A stretch of DNA of 55,979 bases, the filler included, from Jimgerdemannia flammicorona (taxonomy: Eukaryota): NCBI GenBank assembly GCA_003990765.1. It is 3 parts of 3 records of this genome, joined end to end, with 100 filler letters (N's around TTAATTAATTAA, not from the genome) between each part and the next. Parts side by side here need not be neighbours in the genome. Positions count along the whole stretch, not along the records: positions 1 to 18,597 come from RBNJ01002167.1; positions 18,698 to 37,291 come from RBNJ01002168.1; 1 more part is not named here. One strand, given 5' to 3'. Shown here piece after piece: positions 12,201 to 21,300 of the stretch (within the stretch, counting starts at the first letter, position 1; the number at the start of each line of letters is the position of its first letter). The notes beneath the pieces are model-generated. The model was given only the letters and a program-made list of their open reading frames with translations, was not told where the DNA came from and searched no databases. A program made the translations under genes and the position numbers.

Positions 12201-13040
12201 GACTCCAATTCCAGTACCAAGTAGGGTGGTGGTCTGTGGTTTGAGGGTAGCATCTTGAATGCTGGTGAGGTCTATTCCTATGGCTCCTTCAGTCTTATAT
12301 TCTGGGATCTTTGCTTTGGGGTAGAACTTCTTGACCTTAAGGGTGATATCTAGTTCTTGTTCCTCCTCATCATCACTGTCAGCTTGAAGCTCTGGGGGCT
12401 GGTCATCTTCTTTGGCTTTCCTTTTTATTTTGGCAGCTTCTTGCTCATATTTCTGTTGACAGATTTTCCTGACTTCACTGATACAGGACCAGCAGTCATT
12501 CAGGTGTTCAGAGTAGTACATCCTAGTACCATGAGGGCATCTTCCTTGAGGGGCATAGCTATTGATAATCTTATTATACTACTGCTCATCTGTGAGATTG
12601 GGTGTCTTATTCTTATTCTTGTTCACCAAGTGCATAAAGACCTCGGTGTCTTCTTCATCTTCTTCTTCCATGCCTGATAGGACTTCTTTATGGACATTGA
12701 TAGAGACTTGTACCTTTCTTTCTCTATAGTTAATCTGTATCTTCTGGGTATTGAGATCAATGATGGTCTTGGTCTTGTAAAGCCATTGGTTGCTAATGAG
12801 GATGTCATAGTTAGTGGCACTTGTAACAACATGTCTACTGGGATAGTAGCTCCTTCTATCTTGATGGGGACTTCTTGGATTTTGCCAAGGGGGGTAGCTT
12901 ATGTACCATCTGCTGTAACATAGACCATCTTGGTGAACTCTTCAATATTCCAGCCTAGGTGGTCAATTGCCTTCTTACTCATGTGGTATCCTCTAGCACC
13001 AGTATTAATGATGGCATCAAAGATACAGTCTTCAATCTGA
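9240..13040 (-). pseudogene. pol: Family-A pol: protease (~12780-13040), dUTPase, RT, RNase H, integrase
   Basis: AIINTGA (D-T-G decayed), WASPIVL..LCIDYRKLN, LDLFSGFHQ, YIDN (YIDD), FLGLASYYRRFIKGY, IAIDIIGPLP..IVDLFTKWIEA. Confidence 0.92.
11930..12341 (-). CDS. dut: dUTPase domain between protease and RT (family A), open within ORF 11667-12521
   Basis: All five motifs: AIGIDL, RSSLA, GGVIDSDYTGEI, DRIGQML, RGEQGFGFTG. Confidence 0.93.
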
Positions 13041-13099
13041 TATAGGGTATAGGCTGATGTCTTGCACTGGTCTTCAGATTCTTCACCTGAGTTTTCAGA

Positions 13100-14416
13100 T
13101 TCTTTCTATATATTGTGAGCTTCTACAATCTTGTACTCTTGATTCTTGGCAGTAGTTGCAAGTCTTACTCTCAACTGCTATCTAAAGGCAGGGACTTTGG
13201 CTAGCTGTCCAAAAGTAGCATTGACCTTCTGTTCCTTGAGATCCTTGTAGATATCATACTGGTGGATCTTGGTCTTATGCAGCTTCTATTCCTTCTTGCT
13301 TTCACTTTCTCCTGAGACTGAAGTAGTATCTTCAATAATTTGGCAGGCAGCTTCATCTAACTCCATGTCTTGATCAATCTCCTCAGGTTGAATAGTGACA
13401 GCTGGGGTCTTCTTTGGTCTTCCAACTGACTTGCTGTTGCTCTTCTTGTCATAGAGCTTGAACTGGGTTCTGGTACCTTCAGTAGTAGGATAGAATTCAA
13501 GCTTCTCATAGTATTCTTCATCATCAGTATCACCAATCTCCTTGATGACTACTGCATTAGTTTGTTCTCTAGTTCTGCTAGCATTGCTTAGTTGGGCTTT
13601 GTATCTTATTTCAGTTATACAATTCTTTACATAGTTGCCTTCTTCTCTACATCTGAAGCATGTGATATTGCATTCTTCTATAGCAGCTGCAAATCTCTGC
13701 ACTGGTCTCCTGTTGGCACTTCAGACTTCTCTAACAACATTACCAAGATGTGTAGTCATCTCAGCGAACTGCTTGGCAAGTTCCTCCACTGAGTCAGCTT
13801 TGGCTGCCTTGGGGGTAAGTGGGGATGGCTGTCTGTTTACAACTATAGCAGGGTGTCTGGCAGTCCAATATCTCTGTACAAAGATCACTTTCTGATTAAG
13901 GATCAGTACAGCTGGAGTAGACTGGATTGCTAGGGCAATTTCAGGATAAACTCCTTTGAGGAAGATTGAATCCACTATTTGTTCCTTGAGGGCATCATCA
14001 TAGCCAGCCAGGACAATCTGGTGACAGATTTGAGTATAGAATAAGTTGGAATCTTCACTGAGTCCCTGGCAGATTGTATTTAGTTGATCTTTGAGAGCTT
14101 GCTTGATCTCTTCAGTATAGTATATTGTTCTGAGAAAGGCCTTCATGTTAGCAAGTTTGACTATACTATTATTAGTAATAGTGGCTACATTGAACTTATC
14201 TCTGGCAGGTCCTCTGAGGCTGACTGGTAGAAGGGCCAATTGTACATCCACATCAAGGGCTTGTAAAGTAGTAAATTTTTCAAAGTCTTCAATGAGGTCA
14301 GGATTGACTCTTCAGTAGTATATCCATAGAATATAGGGGGATACATTTCTATCTTGTCTTGAATTCTTGTAGGAGTGACTCTTGTAGTCAGGGTAGTTAT
14401 TATAAAGGTTATTCAT
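13100..14416 (-). pseudogene. gag: Family-A gag with CCHC zinc knuckle
   Basis: ORFs 13721-14251 and 13286-13702; CFRCREEGNYVKNC knuckle; lies after the PBS. Confidence 0.85.
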
Positions 14417-14452
14417 TTTTCAGCTTAAAAGTGAGAGATTCATCTTGAATCA

Positions 14453-14469
14453 CCAGCCAATGGGCACCA
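14453..14469 (-). promoter_or_regulatory. Primer-binding site of family A (non-iMet tRNA)
   Basis: TGGTGCCCATTGGCTGG begins 3 nt after the 5' LTR end; TGG is complementary to tRNA CCA. Confidence 0.75.
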
Positions 14470-14472
14470 AGT

Positions 14473-16080
14473 TGTCATGTAGTGGTCACTGAGTTCTTCA
14501 AATATGCCAGATTCTCTTCAAGATATATCTTTTAGACTAACTCAAGTTTGTTTTAAGCAAGTTCTTATTAGAGTGCCTTCCCAAGGTCTTATAGTCCTCA
14601 AACTTCTTATCTTTAACTATCTTGTTATCTTTTAGATTGCTTATAAGAGATTGTGTGTAAGTGAACCAGAACTGACTTTATTTCAGAGAAAATAAGAGGG
14701 ATATTTATACAAAATATAATTCAATGGTTGCTAAGATATAAAGCTAAATATAAATTTCAATAACTAAATAAAATACCAGGACAGGAAAAACTGCTAAGTT
14801 CCAGGGTCAGCACTGATGGTTGTACAGGTTCCGAATGCTAGTATAATTTCAGTGGTATAGGAAAATAGTGCTGGAATAATTCAGTGTTATATCAGAATGC
14901 CAGTGCTAGCATTATTCAGTATTATATCAGAATGCCAGTACTGGTATTATTCAGTATTACATCAGAATGCCGGTGCTGATATTATTCAGTATTATATCAG
15001 AATACCAGTGCTAGTATTATTTAGTATAACCAAGAAACTTAGAGCAGAATGTTCAGGACCATGGGGGCTTCATCTTTGTCATCACTGAAGGAGATGAGAT
15101 CTGTGAATTCATCATCATTGCATAGGTTGTGCATTTCACATACTTCAATATCATGCAGGATGATATCATCATGTTTGGTGGCAGTGGAAAGGAGGTCTGG
15201 GGCTCTCCAGTCTATGAGATTCTCTTCCACAAAATAGAGGACAAATGTGGGGTCTTGGGGAGGTCTAACCTGAATGCTTGGGCCTTGGAATACTGAGATC
15301 AATCCTTGCAGGAATTGGTCTGGGTTGTTCTGGAGGATAGGATGCTAGAAGTCTTCTACTTCATCACTATTGAGAGTGATAGTGGACTGGGTTTCTATAG
15401 CTACCCTGGTTTCTAGTACATTGATACAGTAAGATGACAGATCTCTGAAATCTGAGACTCTAACATACTCCAAGTTGGGGATTGACCATAGTGCATGCCT
15501 GAAGATCTGATGGATCTTCTTAGCTATTCTTGCTTCATGTATGTCCATGGGAGTGGCATCTTGTAACTCTTGGAGGCTGGCCTGTAGGAACTCCTGGTAG
15601 AGGAGATTTCCTATTTCATACTCCTGCCATATTTGAAGGCATTTGGTAGCAATGGTGATCCTTGTTTCCATTTTACAGCAGTAGAGGATATAATGATAAG
15701 GGTCACTAGTACCTAGGTTGACACCAGGAGTCCTTCTTGAACAGGTCCTCATGGCTCTTCTGAGTCTTGGAATATCCTTTCTTTGACTGAGATATCTTGG
15801 TAGTTTCTTGACCTTGAGGTTTGGCAAGCAGCAGACATTTCATTTGTGGTAAGTCTTTGAGCTATTTTGGGATTAGTGGGTCTTATTGGTTACTGCTACT
15901 GTGGTTCCTTGATCCTTCTTTTATATTCCTCAAGATATCTATACTGTGGTCACAATGACTCACAGTTGGTCATCATTACTCATCTCATATGCCATATGAT
16001 CTTCTTGTGCTCTGATCTGATAGTTTGTAAGGAAAGGCTGTCTTCTGTACTAATGTCATCATTCTGGAGTCACTGTTATA
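14473..16080 (-). repeat. Family-A 5' LTR (1608 bp)
   Basis: Ends ...TGACA before the PBS; direct repeat of 7236-8860. Confidence 0.93.
15039..15838 (-). pseudogene. Family-A LTR-encoded accessory ORF (~266 aa reconstructed; one 1-nt deletion and one TAG)
   Basis: ATG at 15838; restoring the base present in the two other LTR copies joins MSAACQTSRSRNYQDISVKERIFQDIRRAM to ORFs 15345-15827 and 15039-15302; acidic C-terminal tail. Confidence 0.8.
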
Positions 16081-16143
16081 ATAGATACTATAATGATGAT
16101 TAAAAGAAAGTCTGGAGACAAACTACTCTTTAGTGAGAGCTGA

Positions 16144-17025
16144 TGTAATAAGTAAATAATGTAGTATAGTTTGATAATATGAATACTCAGTATAGTATAG
16201 TTATTCATATCTGGTTACCCATATATGCCATTACTTATAATTAGCTAAATATACTAAATTAGATTTATTGATCTGTATCCTAAATATATACTTAGTGCTC
16301 CCAAATGAGTTGAATCAATTCAAATCAAATCGAATTGAGGGTTAAACAAGTCAAATCGAATTGGGGATTTTTCAATTCAAATCAATTTGAATCAAATCAA
16401 AAGTCAAATTGAATTGAGGGTCTGATTCGAACCCTAAATTTCAAAATGCAATAACTCAGCGTAAACTCATCTAAATCTAACGTACTTTAGCTTGTTAGAA
16501 TCACATTAATACAGTGAATCTAACAAGCTAAAATACGTTAAACTTGGATGAGTTTTCGTCGAGTTATTACATTTTGAAAATTAAGGTTTGAATCAAACTT
16601 CGAATTGAATTGGACCCTTGATTTAATTGAATCAAATCAAATTTGGGCCAAATTCGATTCAATTCGATTCATTGGGAGCACTAGATATACTTATGTCTAT
16701 CAGATATATTTGTGTCTATCAGATATATCTGTACTCAATATACTCAATAGATATTCTCAGTTACTCTCTCTCCTAAATAGTATTACTATACATGCTATAG
16801 TTAGCAAACTTTAGCAAAGTAGCAAAGCTGTCTATTTGTATGATATATTTATATATTTTACCAAAAGGCACTTTCTGTTAGTCTGGTTTCAATTATTAGC
16901 CTGGTTTTAATTATTAATCTTGTTTCAATTACTCTCTTATATATAGTTTACTTAGTTCAGATTCAGTCAATATATATATTATTTATAAAGTAAAATTGAC
17001 ACTTTATACTACTAACTTTAACAGA
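16144..17025 (+). repeat. Probable 3' LTR of family E, interrupted by the MITE; right boundary uncertain
   Basis: TGTAAT start after a purine-rich tract that follows the end of the accessory ORF; no partner LTR in the window. Confidence 0.4.
16293..16683. mobile_element. hAT-type MITE (391 bp), near-palindromic
   Basis: TIRs TAGTGCTCCCAA...TTGGGAGCACTA; 8-bp TSD TATATACT/GATATACT; AATCGAATT-like subterminal repeats; long internal inverted repeat. Confidence 0.85.
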
Positions 17026-17423
17026 ACTATGAGACCTGTTGGAATATTGATTAACAACTCAATATATGATAGTTCAGTATATTCTATATTATATTATTAT
17101 ATAAATATTATTAATTTTTGATATATAAAAGTATATATACTAATATTAATAAATAATACCCTTTATCATTCTGTCAATTACCTTTCTCTAGTACTATTTA
17201 CATTATATAAATATCTTTCAATACTTTTCACATAGTCTTTAGAGAAAAGATACTAGCAATATAGCAATATATAAGAGTTCTGACAGATATACTAGATTAG
17301 GTGAATTTGGGGCCTTTAATTGGTAATATGTTGGGAGAGATTATAGTATAGAAATGGGGTTTTTGATAGTAAAGGTGGGTAAGGAGGGCCAGGCAGAGGT
17401 CAGCTACTAGGTATAGATAGAGA

Positions 17424-18597
17424 CATGCTCCTTTCTCTGCTACCTTACTGGTCACAAGGTTTGGTAGGTGACCTTCCAAGTCTCTTTTCCCTTATTATTA
17501 CCCCCTCTACCTCAGGTTGGTTTGCTGTACCTGCAGGGGCATGGTGGGAGGAGGGCAATGGTGATGAGTTGCCTCTTTATTGGTATCAGATCAGTACTTC
17601 CTCCACTTTTTTACAGATTTTGGTGCCTTTGGCTACATCTGGGATATACCCATTTTGGTGCAGCACCTTCTTCCTTTTGCTATTGCCAATAAGGTGTTGT
17701 CTCAGTATGTCTCGGGCTATGTAGGGAGTTGGCCGACCTTGGGCATCAAGTGCTCAGTGTAGGTTACCTACAGGTCCTCGGTATCTGTAGTGGGGCCCTC
17801 TGGCTTTGGTGAGCTTCCCGGCGAGCATGGTTCTGGCATAGGTGACTGCTTTTTGGGTGTTGTCGGGATGGGAGAGGAGATGGCCATCACAGATAGGAAG
17901 AAGGACAATAACAGTAAACCAGTAGGGTGCCAGGCTGGGGGCAGTCATCGGGGCTGGGGCAGGTGCTGCTTCGGTGGGCCTTTTGATTGGTGTGGCACAG
18001 TTAGGTGGTAGGTGTCACTATCAGCTTCTTTTGGCAGTTAGCAGGGTTGGGCCCTAGTCATCAGAGGGGGTCAGGAGGCCCGAGGCTACCCATTTCAGGC
18101 GTCTTGGCTACACTCAACTGGAACCAGGAGCTGACACGGCAACATGATCGAGGCCTGCAGGCTTGAGTAGTGGGGTATTGGGGGTTTCCTCCTGCCTCAC
18201 ATATAAGTTCTTTACTCATCTTGACTGGGAGAACCAGGCCCTACCCACTATATTGTGCTTTGATGAGGGTTTTTTCTTTATCTGTCATTCTCTTTGGGGT
18301 GGCAGGGGCTATTCTATTTGGCTTGGGCATGGCCTTGTACATATGTTGGGTTCTCAGGCATACACTTTTGGTCATTGGTATATGGTTGGGTTTCCCCTGG
18401 TGGTAGGGAGAGCATGGTGTACAGAATGAGGTGCAGGCCTATTCGGCCTTACTGCACCTAGCATGGTCGAGCTGCTGGACAATAGCTAGCCTAGGTTAAT
18501 GGAGGGGCAGTGCTTGGTGGGTGGTGGGGGAGGGTTTTGGCCTATATAGTCTAGGTTCTCTTCCAATAAAAATCTGCGGGACATGAGTCTGTAAAAA
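17424..18597 (+). mobile_element. ~1.2-kb non-autonomous poly(A) retroposon, copy 3 (A-tail runs into the gap)
   Basis: Colinear with copy 1 over its full length. Confidence 0.9.
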
Positions 18598-18697
18598 NNN
18601 NNNNNNNNNNNNNNNNNNNNNNNNNNNNNNNNNNNNNNNNNTTAATTAATTAANNNNNNNNNNNNNNNNNNNNNNNNNNNNNNNNNNNNNNNNNNNN
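18598..18697. other. Assembly spacer N44-TTAATTAATTAA-N44
   Basis: Artificial 100-nt linker with stop codons in all frames. Confidence 0.97.
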
Positions 18698-20343
18698 GAG
18701 TCTGAGATTCTGAGGTCTGGGGGAGGGGGTATTTATACTAGTGAGGGGCTATCTGGACTATACTGAATATGGATATAGCACTAAGTGCCTTGCTGAGTCG
18801 AAATGCAGTCACGTAGTATAAGTGTGATCTGATATGTCAAGGGATCGTCTGACTGCTGAGTCAGTTCACAGTCACGTCGTACAAGGCTAATCTATCTATA
18901 CTATGACTGCTAGACTATTTATAGGTTTAGGCACTATCTGGGTAGTCTTCGATGACATCACCATCGATTGCATCATCTCTGATGAAGTAGTCGTCTAGGA
19001 AAAGTGGTTTGCGGATTACTTCTCCTTGTTGGCTGAGGTAATAATACATTGGAACTTCATCTCCATCCCACAGGATAGTATCATCTGTTTCGTATGCTGG
19101 ATAAGGTGTTGGTGGGTGAAGAATGGGTGTACTATCTTCGCTTTCATCGGATTCGCTATCTGCATACCTTCTATAGGTTACAGCACTATGAGTCGCGGGG
19201 TTGTAGTAAGCTGGCGGCTGTGATTCAAGTCGCTCATACTCAGGTGGTGGAGTGGTTGGTTCAATCTCGAGAGTTGTCTGAAGGTACAGGTTGTGTTCTC
19301 CGGTCTCTTCATTGTAGTTGAAGTAATCGGGGATGAATGTGGGTTGGTATTCGTACCAGTGGTCATTGTCCCAATAAGTCTCGTATGCAGTTATGAACTG
19401 TTGTAAGTTCATTGGCAAGGTTGGCAGAGTGATCAGGGTTGGCAGAGATCCTTGGCTAGAGGTCATGTCGGCGTCAGAGGGGTCGTTGTCTTCTGCTTCG
19501 TCTTCATCGAAGTGGATTATATCATAGACGTCCTTCATGGCGTATCCGACTTGAGGCATTTGCAGGATATGGTAATCAGGGTGCGGGAAGGTTCTGTCTG
19601 TGGTTTTGACATACTCGAGGTACTTGTGGTTGATTTCTTGTATCATGTCATCGATTTGGCCGTAGGACAGGGTAGCAACCATTTTGCTGGTAGTGACTCG
19701 GAGGCGGGGAATAAAGGTGTTGTACTCATAGAAGAGTTCTCGATTTTTGCAGGCGATGAGCTTCTGGTGTTGAGACATCTGGGTAATGTCTGTATCATGG
19801 TGGTGTTCGACCATGTCTTCCAGGAGGCAGCTGATCTGGTAGTAGCTTGAGATTTGTCCGATTCGGTAGGCCTCGCTAAGCATGTTCAGGGCGTTCCATC
19901 AGGCTTCCACGAAGTAGAGGGGGGCCAGGCTATGGATATTCATGAGGGGCAGAGGGGGTGTGGCTCAGTTGACAATGGCATTCCAAATGTCAGTGCGGAT
20001 GCAGTTGTAGATCTCAGTAGTCATGTTTGTGTGTTTGGAAGTTGTGGTTGTTGTTTGTTTTGGTTCTCTGACTTGACACGTCTCGGTGCTCAGTATATAT
20101 GCATTTGGTCCTGATTGGTAATGTTCCATTTGTGTAGATCTTGTGTTCCGTGACTTCGTATTGACTCAGCTTTGTGTGCTGTGACTTCGGTTTGACTCAG
20201 CTTTGTGCGCTGTGACTTCGGTTTGACTTAGCTCCATGATCAAGCAGGTGATTTCCAGATTTGTTCGGAGGTCGCATGTGATTTCAGTGGCTTGTTCAGA
20301 GGGTGACGTATAATTTCAGTGGCTTGGGGGTTGTGTGCTTACA
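18698..20343 (-). repeat. Family-B LTR (5' or solo, cut by the gap), inserted antisense into a family-B integrase
   Basis: Reverse complement of 21301-22850; starts TGTAAGCACAC at 20343 with no PPT upstream. Confidence 0.92.
18927..20024 (-). CDS. Family-B LTR-encoded accessory protein, copy 1 (365 codons; the 318 aa at 18927-19883 remain open)
   Basis: 1098 nt, same length in all three LTR copies; two TGA in the first 42 codons; helical N-terminal domain plus acidic, Pro/Tyr-rich tail. Confidence 0.8.
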
Positions 20344-20875
20344 CAATCTAAGCCAGATTGCAATTGAGAATTTATCATGAGCTCAAGAACAACAATCACA
20401 GTATGTTAACCAACACTGCCGAGAAGAAACTTTTGATATTGGAGAAAAAGTTCTACTGGACATCAGAGGATACCGAGTTGACAACCTCAAGCACAGACCA
20501 TCTACAAAGCTGAACAGCAAGTTCATTGGACCATTTGAAGTCATTGCACACGTATCTCCAACCTCCTACAAACTGGCGCTACCAGACACCATTAAGATTC
20601 ATCCAGTCTTTAATGTTCAACATCTCAAGCGATACAATGACAATGATGACAAGCTATTTCCAAATCGAACCACCAAACCACCTGTACCTGTCACCATTAA
20701 TAACTAAGAAGAATACGAAGTTGAACAAATCCTCAAAAAACGTGGTAATAAGAACCATCCCGAGTACCTTGTCAAATGGAAAGGTTACCCGATCCACAAT
20801 ATAACCTGAGAACCCAAGACCAATCTCCAGAATGCTACCGACCTAGTTCAGGAATATGATTCCTTGAACAACTAG
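20344..20875 (+). pseudogene. Family-B integrase C-terminus with GPY/F motif and chromodomain
   Basis: KLNSKFIGPFEVIAHVSPTSYKLALPDTIKIHPVFNVQHLKRY; EEYEVEQILKKR...EYLVKWKGYP...T*EPKTNL. Confidence 0.92.
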
Positions 20876-21300
20876 AACCAAATACCCTGCATCTATCTGT
20901 ATATACTATATATTATCCTCCTGAACATTATAACTATCACGAACCAAATCAAGAACTCAGCAAAACAAGACAAGAATACCGACCTCTGGAAAAAATAGCA
21001 AAACTGAAAGCAAGCCTATTCTCCCTGTACCACTGGTGGGAAACGAGGTATAGACATTTAAGAAGATTCTTTAGAGGAAATTCTCCAGCAGTGAATGACA
21101 TCAGAATCACTTCCGGTGTACGGCATTGAACACATGACCCTTTAATGTATAAATCCAACACGTTAGGCAACTATACTATGAGCATGCCACTTTCTGAGAA
21201 AATGGACCTTACCAGACTTTTGACCTCCCAAACGATGTAACAACACTAGAACAAATTAGAAGGCCCCGACGAGGACATCGAAAGCTAAAAAGAGGAGAGT

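Larger units (their letters stand above)
7236..16080 (-). mobile_element. Full-length family-A Ty3/Gypsy LTR retrotransposon: 5'LTR-PBS-gag-PR-ZnF-dUTPase-RT-RH-INT-PPT-3'LTR, degenerate
   Basis: Paired LTRs 7236-8860 and 14473-16080; 4-bp TSD ATAG (7232-7235, 16081-16084); polypurine tract AGGAGAAAGA; primer-binding site TGGTGCCCATTGG; all pol motifs present. Confidence 0.95.

Noticed and set aside
18642..18653. TTAATTAATTAA palindrome within Ns (also 37336-37347)
   Set aside because: Artificial contig linker; contiguity across it cannot be assumed
18927..19883. LTR ORF as an env gene
   Set aside because: No signal peptide, transmembrane helix or furin-type site; acidic soluble composition
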